A stretch of DNA of 63,990 nucleotides, counting the filler, from Vezdaea acicularis (taxonomy: Eukaryota), in the NCBI GenBank assembly GCA_026025075.1. It is 4 parts of 4 records of this genome, joined end to end, with 100 filler letters (N's around TTAATTAATTAA, not from the genome) between each part and the next. Parts side by side here need not be neighbours in the genome. Positions count along the whole stretch, not along the records: positions 1 to 17,578 come from JAPEUI010000210.1; positions 17,679 to 35,062 come from JAPEUI010000211.1; 2 more parts are not named here. One strand, 5' to 3'. The position numbers and the translations under genes were made by a program. The notes beneath the pieces were generated by a model that saw nothing but the letters and a program-made list of their open reading frames with translations, was not told the DNA's origin and made no database searches. Positions within the stretch are counted from its first letter, which is position 1. The number at the start of each line of letters is the position of its first letter. Below are positions 11,532 to 24,475 of this stretch, piece after piece.

Positions 11532-14179
11532 GGTGAGAGAAGCAGTTTCAACGATTGGGTCGAAGTTGGAATTGTCAAACGAAAGAGAGATCTTCAGTAT
11601 TGAAGAAGTGAGTGAAAAGAAAACAAGAAGGGGAGTGACAGCAATATCAATGCTACTCCGGAGTCGACGGTGAGATCCTACGTTTCCTTCGAGGTGAAAT
11701 GTGGAAGGTGCGAAGGTGAGAGGAGCGGAGAGGAAGGGGGGAGAGGGGAGCGTGGGCCCTTTAGTCCGCTCCGAAACAGCGCCGCCGCCGCAGCAGCAGC
11801 AGCAGCAGCAGCAGGGCAAGGGCACCAGCAGCGCGGCGCCGGGCCGACGTATCAGAGCGGGCGAAACCCTGCTACCGCATTCCAGCCTCCGCTAGACCGG
11901 CCAGGCCCCGCCAAAGACGCGGTCGACCATTTTCGCGGCCGGACAAGGCTGAGGCCAGAGCACGAAGCAGAAGCAGAAAAAAGCAGCAGCATGTCCGCTG
12001 GCGCCGGGAGAGTGCCGCACACTCCCTCCCTCCGCGATCCTTCCGCGTGCAGGCTCTCTCCCCCGATGCATCTCCCACCTGCACCCTCCGCTCAAAAAGG
12101 TACTTCCCTTGACCTCTGCCCATCCTCCTTTTTCCCCCCATCCCCACCAATCCCCCCCAAGAAGTCACCGCCAAGCCCTCTTAATTACCCTCCCCCTTTT
12201 CCTCCTCCCCGCCAAGCCCAAGCCCCGAACGCCGCCCACCGAAACAGCCTCCAACGTCGCATTCCCCCCTGTCCAAAACCCCCCTGCTCACACCCAATTT
12301 AAAGTCCACACTAGCAACCCGCACTAGGAGATATAAGCGAAACCGGCTAGGCCACCTCCCCCTCCCCTTCCCCATCCAGTTACCATGGGGCACTTGCCGC
12401 AACAGTGGAGGAGGGAAGGCTATTTCCGGCTTTGCTCTGCGGAGGAAGCCCAGATGCGGCTGCTTGCTCGTGTGGTCAGGTGGATGGTTGATTTCGGAGT
12501 CTGCCGTTGCGGTTTTGAGGGCTGTGGACGAGACGCCTCTGGGATGAGGAGTGGAGGCGCAGGGGAAAAGCGCAGATGCGCTGGGCGTGCGCGTTGTGCT
12601 GTGATTGGTTAGTTGCCTGTACGTAGTCGGCTGTTCTCCTGTGTATGGAGGAAGGGAGAGAGTGCTGCTGGGAAATGTGGAGGGAAGGAGGATGCACTAC
12701 ACACGTACTACGTACAACTGGATGACAGGGTTGTGCGTGCGCGCGCGAGAGAGAGGGATCTTATCTCTCCATGTACTTCTCCCACTGCATCAACCACCCT
12801 CCAAACGGCCCATCTCGCGTCGCACAGAAACACACCCCCCATGTCCGCTCACTCCACCCATCCACCCCTCCATCCATCCATCCAATCCACCGAGATACCG
12901 ACCCGCACGAGATCTCCAACCAAAAATCCCCCAATCGCCTCGCTATCCCCCTCCCCGACGAACACCTGACGAACAACCCGACGAACACCCCCGTATCTCG
13001 CTATCGGTGGCTGGTATGTAGCTAGTACATACGCGCCGTCTCCATCCTCTTCACCGAGGTACTCGAGGTACAGTAGAGTAGAGTAGAGTAGACTGCAAGC
13101 AAAGTTCTCGAGCGCCATGCATTCCAGAACGCCGTTCGTTCGCGAACCGTGAGACGGTACACGTACGTTACGGGTACGTACAGTATGGGCACGGAGCAGG
13201 GACGGAGAGGGGACACGGACACAAGAGAAATATGGAGGGGTAGGGTTATACCAGCGCCACCGACACCTACACTGACACTGATACCGACACCGCCACCGAT
13301 ACCGGCGCAGACGTTCAGCGGTAGCACGTATCTTCCACCCTTCCAACCAAGCGTATCGGTATCGCCGTGGTATCTCATTCACTACAGGAACCTGTATTTA
13401 CCATTTCTGCATGAAGCGAGAGAGGGGGGCGGTTGGAGGGGAAACTGAACAAGGCGGAGAGAGGCACGAAGGAAATTTCACGCTTTCCCACCCCCTGCCC
13501 CCGCCCCAAGATTGACGAGGTGGCGGGGTTGGGAAGGATTGTAGGGATCTTTGAAACTCCCCCGGTTCTCTCGAGAGATAAGCTTAATGTACAGATATTT
13601 CCAGCTCTTGATCCGCTTGGGTCCAGAGAAAGAAGTAAATCCCCAGGGATCTAGATCCAACTGTGTTCCCCCCCCCTCTCGGCCCATTTCTTAAAGATCT
13701 CCCTTTTTTGGAAAAGAAAGCGAGCCTGTAAGCAAGCGATCCAAAAAGAAAAGATTGGCGAACCCTTGAAGCAGATGTGAGAAAGAAAAGAAAGAACGAA
13801 AGAAAGGAAGAAAGAAAGGTGTCGCTGCCGTGATGAAATCCCCACTACCTAAATCCCCCCCCCCCCCCTCTCCCCCTTCTCCTCCTTCCCATAAGGACTT
13901 CATTTCCCCCGCCTTTTCCTTCCCCTCCACCCAAAAAAGGAACAAAAAAAAACCAACAGAAAAAGATATAAAGATCTTCACGCAAAAGCCAACACCTTTT
14001 TTTTAAATCTCATGCATCAAATGCCGCTTGTTGCCCCCCCCAGCCCGACCGTTCCGACCGTCCCGACCGCAGCCATACGACGCGCCGCACAGATATAAAC
14101 CAGCCTGTTGCCTACCGCTGGCCGGAGTCCTCGCTTCCTTTCATGATGCGTGTACGGGAAGGAGGAGGATGCTCCATCT

Positions 14180-14500
14180 GTGATGATGATGATGAATGAT
14201 GGTGATTGAGATTGAGATGATGGATGATGATGGATGGATGGATGGATGAGAACGAGAATGATGATAATGGTGGTGGTGGTGGTGAATATGATGATGGATG
14301 ATGGTGGCTGGCTGGCAGAGAATGATGAGAAGAGCGGATGTGGATGTTGATGATATTCTTGGATGATGGAAGATGGTGAAAGCGATGGATGATGAATGGC
14401 GATGGTGGATGATGATTGGTGATGATAGATGACGGTGGATGGTGGGCATGGCGACGATGAAGATGAAGATGAAGATGATGATGATGATGATTGATGCTGC
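14180..14500. repeat. Imperfect (GAT/GATG/GGT)n microsatellite tract in the 3' region of the C2H2 gene
   Basis: Runs of gatgatgat, gatggatgg and gatgaagatgaa seen directly. Confidence 0.9.
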
Positions 14501-14670
14501 ACAAAATGTCCAAAGGGCAAACCCCCTGATGTATCTCTATCTTGACTCTTCCATCCACCATATATGACGATGATCAAGTCTTCACATTTGTGACCTCCAG
14601 AGTTGTGGGGAGGCCTAGGAGGGTGGGTTGACACGGGTACGGCCCTATACTGGAAGAAGCACGACATTCC

Positions 14671-16803
14671 TCACTTCGTCGCGCCCCTCGCCCCTCCCTG
14701 GCTTTCCCTCCGGTCATGAGCGACCATCTGGTTCTTCAGCGAGACAACCTCGCCCTCCAGACGATTGACCTTATCCTCCAGGCCTCTGATGTACAACCAC
14801 ACATCCGGGCTTGGCGACGTGGACATATGAGTGTTTCCCTCGGTACGACCATGGCTCGCAGCCGGCGGCGGTCCACCGCCCGGGGCGCTGTGGTAGTTAC
14901 TTAGTGATGAGCTGGCGGCCGTCATGGTCGCTCCTTGAGAAGTATGGCTGCCGCTTTGGCCATGCGGTTGAGCACCCGGGACCTGGCTGCTCAGCGTATA
15001 CCGTGATTCGGGTGGCGCCAACGGAGGCAGCTGGGGCGCATTGGGATTGGCATTCGCAGGAGGCGGAGGGAGACGTTGCATCTGCTGCGTGAAGCTTGGT
15101 GACCGACGGCGCTGGCTGTCGGAATGGCCGAGTTGGTGGATACCCATCGCACCTGGACTCAGTGGTTTGGGACTTTCGGTCATGCCACCCTGAGAGAACA
15201 TCGAGGCTCCTCCGACAGCGCTCATGGGAGCAGACGAGTTACTCGTGTTGGCCGTCTTGGGGCTCAACGTGCTCGTCTTGATACTAGGTGACGCGCTGGT
15301 ACTCGCACTCTCGGCTTGATGCCGTGCAACAGTTGGATGCAGACTGTTGGTTGCATTCATCAGTGACCGACCCGGAGCAGGTGGATACGTCTGTGGGAAT
15401 TGTGGCTGATAGAAGGTCTGCTCCGACTGGCCCGTTCCATTGTGCATGCGCGCCGCCGGAGATATCTCCTGCGCTTTGATGACCGGCAAGCTCGACCTTC
15501 GCGCCTCCTCCAGGGCTTCGGCCGCGTCGTCCGGGTGCGATTGTTCGTGCGCGTACGCCAGACCATCCATGGTGCTGTCATCGCCCTGATTCCCCGACTG
15601 CATCGCGTCGGACGGACCTTCGCCAAAATCGTCGTCGCCAGTGTAGCTGCCCATGCTGGCCCGACGGCCTGCACAGCCACCCTGACCCTTGTTGTGTCGA
15701 GCCAACGCATCTCCTCTCGCGAATTGGCGACCACATCGCGGACAGCGATGCGGCCTCTCCCCCGTGTGTAGCTTCGAGTGCCTCTTGAGATCGTGGAGCC
15801 GCCGAAATCGTGACTGGCAGTTCTGACAGACGTACGGCTTTTCTTGGCTGTGGGTCAGCAGATGACTCTTGAGGTTATGATGACGGGTGAAATCGGTCGA
15901 ACAATAAGGACACTTGTGTTTTCGAGTCGACGAGGACTTGGGACTGTCATTACTATTATTATGATTATTATTGTATCCAGCCATGGGCAAACTGCTGCCA
16001 CGCATAGGCGTGTGTAGAGATTCAGAGGTGGAACTGGCGAGAAGCGGCCCCGGAAAGGTGAATGCTCGGTTTGAATGGGTATTGTCCTCTGGCCCATGGG
16101 CACGAGCAGCGTGAGCGGCTTCTTCTTGGGAATCGGAACTCCCTCGTCGCCTCTTCATCTGATTACCTGTATTGGGGCTCACGGCGTCGGCGCTGTTGGC
16201 GGTCGCTGTAGGAGCGGTACTTCCGGGCGAGGCCACGATGCTGGTCGTCATGCTCACCGGACTCGATTGAGTGTTGCTGTCGACCTGCATGGGTTCTGGA
16301 ATCGAAATGGCCTTCGCCGCGGTCGTCATGGCCTCGCTCATCGTATTGGTGGCGGATGGAGCGTCGCTCGCTCTGCTCATCCCCGTCTCCGCACCCAGCA
16401 GCGCTCCCAGCGCTGCTTTGCCCGGGTTGACGCTCGTCTGCTTCGCCTGTCCCCGTTCCTGCTCCTCGCGCTGCTTTCGTCGCATATCCGCCATGCCCGC
16501 GGCCCCCGTCATGGGGGGCGGCGTGTAGGCGGGCGACCTCGACTTCAACGAGATGGGTTGGGGTGATGTTCGGAGGCCGGCGTTCGCGATGGAGGTCAAG
16601 GCGGGTAGGTTGGGTGACTGATCGGACCTCGGGTTAGCAGGTTTGAGCAGTCTGGCGTACGAGATGTCAGGTGTCTTGGGGCAATGCAATGCGGCGGGCG
16701 TCTTGGACGCCGTGGTGCCGGCGAGCCCGGAGGAGATCGAGGAGAGATCAAGATGAACGGGGACACTTGCCGCCGTGGACACCGGCGCACGCTCGGAAGC
16801 CAT
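14671..16803 (-). CDS. C2H2 zinc-finger transcription factor (three fingers, C-terminal coiled coil)
   Basis: 710-aa ORF: CPYC..FTRHHNLKSHLLTH-SQEKPY-CQNC..FRRLHDLKRHSKLH-TGERPH-CPRC..FARGDALARH; C-terminal LEDKVNRLEGEVVSL heptads. Confidence 0.93.
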   Translation of the reverse strand: MASERAPVSTAASVPVHLDLSSISSGLAGTTASKTPAALHCPKTPDISYARLLKPANPRSDQSPNLPALTSIANAGLRTSPQPISLKSRSPAYTPPPMTGAAGMADMRRKQREEQERGQAKQTSVNPGKAALGALLGAETGMSRASDAPSATNTMSEAMTTAAKAISIPEPMQVDSNTQSSPVSMTTSIVASPGSTAPTATANSADAVSPNTGNQMKRRRGSSDSQEEAAHAARAHGPEDNTHSNRAFTFPGPLLASSTSESLHTPMRGSSLPMAGYNNNHNNSNDSPKSSSTRKHKCPYCSTDFTRHHNLKSHLLTHSQEKPYVCQNCQSRFRRLHDLKRHSKLHTGERPHRCPRCGRQFARGDALARHNKGQGGCAGRRASMGSYTGDDDFGEGPSDAMQSGNQGDDSTMDGLAYAHEQSHPDDAAEALEEARRSSLPVIKAQEISPAARMHNGTGQSEQTFYQPQFPQTYPPAPGRSLMNATNSLHPTVARHQAESASTSASPSIKTSTLSPKTANTSNSSAPMSAVGGASMFSQGGMTESPKPLSPGAMGIHQLGHSDSQRRRSPSFTQQMQRLPPPPANANPNAPQLPPLAPPESRYTLSSQVPGAQPHGQSGSHTSQGATMTAASSSLSNYHSAPGGGPPPAASHGRTEGNTHMSTSPSPDVWLYIRGLEDKVNRLEGEVVSLKNQMVAHDRRESQGGARGATK

Positions 16804-17578
16804 AAGATGCGTCTGGTGCGGTCGACAGCCGTGGTCGACGACCGTCCGTCACGATGAGACGACTTGGGCGCGCACGCGGGAGGAGCTGCGAGTCATCTAG
16901 CGCATGTTGCGCCGGCGGCGAGATAGATATGATGGAAGATGGTGCGAAAACTCCACGATGCGATTCTGGCCGCACGAATCAGGAGACGTGGGGTGTTGTT
17001 GAGGTGGAGAAGTGGAGAGGGGGGGGAAAGAAAGTGGTTGAGGTCGAAAGCAAGAGAGGGAGAGCGACGGTAGTGACGAAGTGTGGCCGTGTGGCCGTGT
17101 AGCCGTGTGGCCAGGCGTTTTGGGACCTGCGAGCAGCGAGCGGTGCGTGGCGAGCGAGAGCAACGGGGAAAGCGAAAGTCGGGGCGGACGCATCTCCCGC
17201 GGGCGGGATGTGAGGTACAGCGGCTGCGTAGCTTGCAGCACTTGCTCGGGGGGCCCGACCCACACGAGCGCGCGGGCTGGTCACGGTCCGCCCGATTTAG
17301 TATGGAGCTGCGCCCACCGGGCTCGGGGAGGGTGTGCAGCAGCGCCGGGCGACGGGGGTTGGTGGCCTTGCGGGTTGCTTGTTCGTTTTCCCCCCTCGGC
17401 GCGCGGTAGGCGGTGGGCGGTGGGCCCGGACACGCTGCCAAGGAGCGGCTGGAAAAAGATCCTACGGCGCCCGTCCTGGCACGCCTGGCACGCCTGGGCA
17501 CGCTGGGCCACGCCGCGCTCCTCTGGCTGGCTGTGGCTTAGCGAGACATCGGCCCCTCCGCCAACCACGACCCCGGCC

Positions 17579-17678
17579 NNNNNNNNNNNNNNNNNNNNNN
17601 NNNNNNNNNNNNNNNNNNNNNNTTAATTAATTAANNNNNNNNNNNNNNNNNNNNNNNNNNNNNNNNNNNNNNNNNNNN
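17579..17678. other. Artificial contig linker (44 N + TTAATTAATTAA + 44 N)
   Basis: Identical 100-nt structure occurs three times; TTAATTAATTAA puts stops in all six frames. Confidence 0.97.
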
Positions 17679-18109
17679 TACGCTGGGTGTTTCTCGAATG
17701 TCTCGTATTTTGTCCCAGAAGATACCTGCAGCGGTCTCGTACCTTTGTTCCTGCGGGTTCCCAGGACAGGCGTGTTATCGTCGCTGGATTCAGCCTATTA
17801 TCCCACGTGCACCACATCGTAATTTAAGCAACCGGGATGCGAAAATAATTCAATCGTCCTGATAATACTTTAATAACCTTTTTCCCCTTCAATTTAGCTG
17901 GAGGAAATGGAACATCTTTCTAGTGGTGCGTCTAGATCGCTCACGTGGTTGCTGGTGCTCATGCATGATTGAAGCGGAATAGTCTAGAGCCATTGTATTC
18001 AGAACTGGACAAGCAAGATTTCCCTTCCCAAAACCCCAATCATGCCACCAACCGCTCATTATGCATTTCGCATTCTCATGTCATACAGTACTTATCCTAC
18101 CGAGCTCTC

Positions 18110-20514
18110 CTATATCCTACCCAACCTTCCCCTTCCCGCTCTCGTTAAAAATGGACTGGGCATCTCGTCTCTCTCAGGATCCCAAACAGGTGCACCCTCC
18201 CCAACCATGCGCGCTGCAAAGCTTACTCCTCCCTTTTGAGGCTCAGTAGCTATGGTGTTGCGCTTGCGACTGGCATTCTCCTTGTCTTCCCAACTGCCTT
18301 CCCCATATGAAGATACGGGGCGACCACATGCTCGCGCTTGGGCTAGCTCAATGAGGGTACGCCCGCCTCGCATCATGTTCCGCTGCTTGACAGCACGGGA
18401 AATATCATCTTCAGCAGTTCCCTGAGCTGTGGATGACGCTGTAGAAGGGTTGAGGATCGCTTTTGAAGATTTGGAACGCCGAATTGGGGATCCTGTTTCT
18501 GCAACTCTTGTGTTTGTATTTGGATTCACGAGATGAGTTGAAGAAGGTATCTTTGAAAGTCGCCGACTTGGGGAAGGAGGCTTCTTCTCTTCACCAGAAC
18601 TTGCCGGAAGAAGCTCGGGCTTTGTGACTGTGGTGGTCCCGAAGAGATTTGATTGGGAGTTAGGTTTCCGTAAAGGGGCTGTCTTTTGATGAGACAGTTT
18701 AGGACGAGCTTGTTGTTTGAAAGGATTTTTGGTAGATGGCTTAACTCGAGTGGGCGATAGGATGGGCTCTCCGTCCTCTTCGTCTGATACGCCTGGTGAA
18801 TAGGTGAGAGGCTCACGCCATCTTTGTGGGGCGTCTTTATCACGTGCGGCAGCAGCAAAGATATCCTTGCCGGCGCCTTGGTTGTTTGCATGACGCCGTG
18901 GGGACAACGACAATGAGGCAATTGACATTGGCGAAGGCTCAATTATCTCAAGATCCATAGGTGAACCAATACCCATGGTTTGAGAACGACCAAATGGCGT
19001 ACGCGCTGACTTCTTGAACGACACTGCCTGTCGAGATGAAGATGACGGAGATTCGATCGAGAAGGAAGTCAAATCAGTCACCGACGGGAAGTCTGTGTCG
19101 CCACTGGTAGTGACAGATGATGTTGCAATGTCTCCTCGAGGAGCGACATTTTCTTTCTCGACTTCTCGACTCCTTCTCTTCTGCAACTCGGAGGCCACTT
19201 TGGCCTGTACCTCTGCGTCAAACCTTTGGGAAAGACGATCTAATTCAAGTTTGACTTGGCGACCGACGAGTATCTGCACTTGTCGGTCAATTTCGAGACG
19301 TGCCTTGACCTCCCACTCGCGACGGATAGTTGATTCCAACTCCTGACGGTGCTTTTCGGATTCCTTGTGTAATTGCTGCACTTTATTTTCAACTTCCATT
19401 TCTTTTTGCTTAAGTTGGGCCTCCTTAGTCTTCAGTATTTGCCCAAGGTCAACAATTTCGCGCTCCTTTCGCATGAGCTTCACGACCGGTAGATTTAACA
19501 GTGCTGCAGTATCCGGTCGCTCTCGAGGGTTCACTCTCAAGCAGCTTTTAATAACCGAGCCAAGTTCAGGAGAATATACACTTGGTATCTGCGCAAACTT
19601 CCCAGTCCTGATCTTCTGTACAAGTTCGCAGTGTGTTTTCGCATTGAAGGGAGGCTCCTTGGCGCAAAGTTCGAACATAATGCACCCAAGAGACCAGATA
19701 TCTGATTTTAACGTGTACCTTTCCGCAGCACAGATCTCGGGAGACATATAGAAGGGTGTTCCTACGTATGTTGATGCAAAGTCATGAGATTGCATTATCT
19801 TGGAAAGGCCGAAATCTCCTAGCTTGACTGAGTTATCTTCACCCAGGAAGACTTGTAAAGTTAGCAACTAGGTTCGGAGATGGGATGGATGGTAACAGAG
19901 GCTACATACTATTCTCTGGCTTTAAGTCGCGGTGAAGGATCATGACATTCTTCCCGGACCTGGGCTTGGCATCATGGCCAACTCCCATAACGTTGTCGCC
20001 AACCTCAGGAGGGTCGACGCCATAATGGCAGCGGTATAGCGCCGTGACCAATTGGGCGAAGATACTCCAGACGAATTCCTCCTCAGCATACTGGTGCTTA
20101 AGCTTGAGATTTCTGATCACTCTTCCTAGGTCTCCATTCCCGCAGTATTCCATGTATAAATGTAGATCTTGGGAGGCTTTGAGGTGTTCGCGGAAATGGT
20201 ATCCAACGATATTTGGGTGTTGCAGCGAATTCAAGATTGAAAACTCTGCATGAAGTTGCTCTCGCTCCTTTGTGGACATTTTGATATAATTGATCTCCTT
20301 CCGACATAGAATCTGGCGAGCCGTCAGAACGACCCTCGCGCGGAGGTCCTTATCATTACAACTTACAAGTCCATCAGCTTTGCGCCGAACTTTGCGGATA
20401 ACACCAAAGGATCCATGGCCTAGATATCAGTTAGCCACTGGAACCTCTGATTGTTGCGTTGTTCCTTGACTGACCAATCTTTTCAAGTATTTCGAACTTG
20501 TCTGCTTCGGTCAT
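18110..20514 (-). CDS. nimA: G2-specific NEK-family protein kinase NimA, 4 exons
   Basis: MTEADKFEILEKIG/HGSFG...ILCRKEINYIKMSTKEREQLHAEF...HRDLKPEN...DFGLSKIMQSHDFASTYVGTPFYMSPE; coiled coil; C-terminal WDPERDEMPSPF motif. Confidence 0.95.
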
Positions 20515-20924
20515 GGTGGCTTTGTTTACTACAGGTAAGGTCGTAATGAGAAGGATTGTGACTATGAAATTAAGGTGAAAGCTGTGCAGCACATTAATTA
20601 TGACAGGAAAGGGGAAGAAAGAAGTCAGTGCCGGTCTTTTCGCAGGGTTGTCGTCGACGGTCGGTGCTGGGTGTGGTTCGTATGTTCGTCTTGATCGTGA
20701 AAGCTTCAAGCTCGAAGCTATCGAAGTCGTCAACCGAGATCGCCATGGCAACCATTAGACCCCTGCTTCGGGATCTTGCCATTTTCGGATATTCGGCCAA
20801 TGCGATCGCGCCGACGGGTTGCAGCAGATATTCGTCTCAAAAATTTCCGCCGCTGCAGTCATGGAGTTCTTTGACGGGAAACGACTTCTGGTCAGAGGAG
20901 GATACTCACTCCGCTGTCGCCGAT

Positions 20925-23071
20925 ATGGATATTCTGCCCAAACATCGCATCGAGGCCCAGCTTCATGATGAGCATACGCAGATCACTCAAGGCCGCTTGA
21001 AGGATGAGAGTCCTCTTGACGTCAGTGATGAATTCCATCAGCTGTGCGAAGCTTGCAGGAAAGGCGACCTAAAGGTCTGTCAGGAGATGATCACAGAAGG
21101 TGCAAACATCAATGCTAGGGACTCCTTTGATTACACTCCGCTGATACTGGTGAGGGGCTACTTTTGATTTTTAAGCAGCCGGTAGGAGGTAAATGAATAG
21201 CTGATATTGGATATCGGAAGGCTAGCCTATGTGGGCATTATGAAGTCGTACAACTCCTATTGGAAGCTGGTGCTCTTTGTGAACGTGACACTTTTCAAGG
21301 TGAAAGGTAACGTCTTTTGAAGTTGTGGATTTAGGCGTTTCCTGGCTGACTTAATTATTACGCCATAGATGCTTGTATAATGCTCTCAATGATCGCATTA
21401 GAAACCTCCTCATTCAATACGACTACTCAAAGTCAACCGACCCATTGCAGCCATTATCGTCTCATGTAACTTCGCTCCTCAGTCGTGGGCACCCCCAAAC
21501 CTCTGATATAACACTCGTGACTGGTCGCGAGTCATTCTATCTGCACAAATTTATCCTATCAGCACGGTCGCCATATTTTCACAAGAAACTCGCCTCTGCC
21601 CCTGAAACAACTTTTTGGAAGATATCGAATTCGGTGCCGACACGGTCGTTTGACGTTGTCGTTCAATTCTTATACCTCGGGGAGCTTCCATTGGATCTGG
21701 GTGGAGGAGAGCGAGAGAAGGAGATTCTCACAGGTGTTGATAAAGTCAGCAAGCAACTTGAGATCAGTGGCTTGTTTGAAAACTTATTGGAAGGAGTTGA
21801 CAAGCGCATTTTCCGGCAACGACGGCAGGAAGAGGTTGAAAGGGGGCAAAAACAATTGGAGGACTGGTTTCGGCATAATGTGCTCAAGTACAAGGTTACA
21901 ATAGATGCGGACAAAGCCGAGGGAGTGCGATGGGACAGGGAAAACGCAATCTTCGCAGACGTTCTGATCCGGGCTGATGAATCTGTCGAAGATGATCTTG
22001 CTAATGATGATACCACCGACAATGGCACAGCACCGTCCTCAAAAAGAGAAACTCTTGGGAACTCAATTGGAATTCCTGTAGGCCATGCTCAGTCTTCACG
22101 TTCGCCTTCCCGATCCCGAAGCCCACGAAAGTCCATTCTCTTCCCTGTTCATCGGGCTATGCTCATCCGCTCTGAGTACTTCCTAACGATGTTCTCCAGC
22201 GAGTTCAAGGAAGCGCAGCTCACACCACATCTTCAAATCATTCCTATGGACTGTTCTCCCGCCGTCGCCGAGGCAGTTCTTACTTTTCTTTATACCGAAA
22301 AGGCCGACTTTGGGCTCGACATTGCCATCGATGTCCTCATGCTTGCTGACCAATTCTTCATTGAGAAACTGAAAACGAAAGCTGCTGTTGTGATCAGTAC
22401 TCTAGGAAACGGACCCATTGATGCTAGAGATTCATCTGTTGCCACGAATGGAATGCCAACTCCCGCTGAGTTTCCTTCTATGCCACCTTCACCCTACGCA
22501 GATGAAACCCTCGACATCTACGAAGTCATACGTGCGGGCTGGTTGACACACGTGCGTCGTCTAGAGGAATTTGGTGCACGTTACTTGGCATATAGATTGG
22601 AGTACTACATCGATGAAGAAGAGTTCGCTGAGCTGATTAAAGAAAGTGCCTCAAGGATCCAGCAGAGGCAAGAGACGGATAGTATCGAATTACTTGATGA
22701 GTGGGTGACTTCTATTTTGTATGGCTGTTATAGAAAGTTACTGACATTTGTGGCTCAGCATTCGATACTATCTTTCTGACCGCTTCCGACTAAGATTTGA
22801 GGATGCTGGCCTTGAAGAGATGCTGGACGAAGATGCTGCGGCAGAAGAGGCCCAGCGGCAAGCAGCCCAAGAATATGCACCGGGACATGAACCAAAGCAG
22901 GGCGAAGCGCTCACCGCCTCAGCAGCGGAACCAACTGCATCCTTTGAACCCAAGGCCCGCACTCTAGACGGGGAGCTCGCAGGGGATGAGTTTGATAAGG
23001 ATGCATACCAATACTCTTTACTGTTAGGCAAGATCGACACGCTGCTTGAGAAACTCAAGCTAGATGCATAG
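20925..23071 (+). CDS. btb3: Ankyrin repeat + double BTB/POZ protein (Btb3/ABTB1-like cullin-3 adaptor), 4 exons
   Basis: LCEACRKGD...GANINARDSFDYTPLIL/ASLCGHYEVVQLLLEAGA ankyrin repeats; HKFILSARSPYF and HRAMLIRSEYF BTB motifs. Confidence 0.88.
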
Positions 23072-23554
23072 AAAAGAAAACCACCAAATGGCAACATTTT
23101 CGCGATAGAAGCAAAGTCCATATGCTCTCTTACTTTCCTCCCTTGAAAAAGCTGCGTTCTATTCTCTGCCAATCCTGGGCTTCATCTCATAAGAATGTAT
23201 CTTTCATCTGATTGATATAGACTCAAACACCCGTCCAACGTAGACATGCGCCCATTCGTAGGACGCGACGAATTCGAATTTCGGATCTCTCTTCTCTTAT
23301 TCACACGTAACACAGGTTCATCCAAAGAAACCGTATCCAACGTGGCCCCTGTTGTCGGTCGAGACGGAGTTGCCCCACTTCTTAGTCAATAAATTCCCTG
23401 GGTTGGCTTATGCATCTGCTATATTGACAAGCTCAAAAACGGTTCTTTCAGGAAGTTTAATCAGGAGACTGTCTAGAGCTGCTCGATGACCCAAGGAGCC
23501 TTCGCCGCAGTACCCATTCAGCGCCCATTCGAACCATCCACCCGCGAAGCCCCA

Positions 23555-23854
23555 TCATCCCTTCCACCCCGGAAACAGGCGCGCCTTCCAATCCTCTGTG
23601 TGCGGGCCCCCAGTATCAAAATCCGTGCCCCTCATCTGATTGATATACCATTCCACCTTTGCTGCATAGTAGTCGTGCTTGAATTGTATCTGCATGCCCC
23701 TGGTGATGTATTGGTAGTCCACGTACCCGTAATGCTGGATGCTCTGGTGGTACATGCCCATGCATGTGAACCGCTCTAGCGTGCCCCACCTATCGACCGA
23801 ACCGGTCGGGTTGCCCCATTGGTCGATTGGAATGTTGTGGCCTTGGTTGGCCAT
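23555..23854 (-). CDS. Orphan 99-aa protein (possible divergent Myb/SANT-like helical domain)
   Basis: ATG at 23854 in ATCATGG context; complex, aromatic-rich sequence MANQGHNIPIDQWG...LFPGWKG; no family recognised with certainty. Confidence 0.5.
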   Translation of the reverse strand: MANQGHNIPIDQWGNPTGSVDRWGTLERFTCMGMYHQSIQHYGYVDYQYITRGMQIQFKHDYYAAKVEWYINQMRGTDFDTGGPHTEDWKARLFPGWKG

Positions 23855-24475
23855 GATAGCGGAATTATGGTGTTGTACCTGAGAATTGTGTGCTTGGGGC
23901 GGTGGTTTAGGGACAGGGAGGTTCGGGAGATTGTTGCGGGAGGGGTTTATGCTGGGTTTTGTAGGGGAATTTGTTCGTGGTGTTGTTCTTGTGGAGGTGA
24001 TTGACTTATGCCTCATGTGTAAGTAGGGACTCATCCAAGATCATGGATTCAGATTGGGGCTTGTTACTATACTCTGTCGTGGCACAAGCATCATCGCCTG
24101 CTGTCGTATGATACACATGGTTCGCAGGATCTTGTTTTTTAGTGTGCGGGTTGGAATATCACCATGTCGTGAATTGCTCACTGCCACTTGCGTGAGCGTT
24201 CACTTAAATGCGTTTTAATTCACCTTCATTAGGTCTCTCAAAAGCGATTTGTGTAACTTGGGTATATGTTTAGTTAGGCTACGTATCTATCTAGCATGAG
24301 CAGCAAAATTCAAGCCGTGATAGTGCGTTTGCCCACTTAAGGCTCATGAATATCCACCCATCCATCCAGCAGAGCAAACACCGTGATCCATGGCCCTAGT
24401 AGAGAGATTGAACCCTGTTCTGTTCAGGAAAGAAGAGTGATTGTTGCAAGAAAAGATGTATTTGGCGGGAGGACT

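Noticed and set aside
11600..14660. Many Pro/His/Ser-rich ORFs in the ORF track
   Set aside because: By-products of low-complexity, stop-poor microsatellite DNA.
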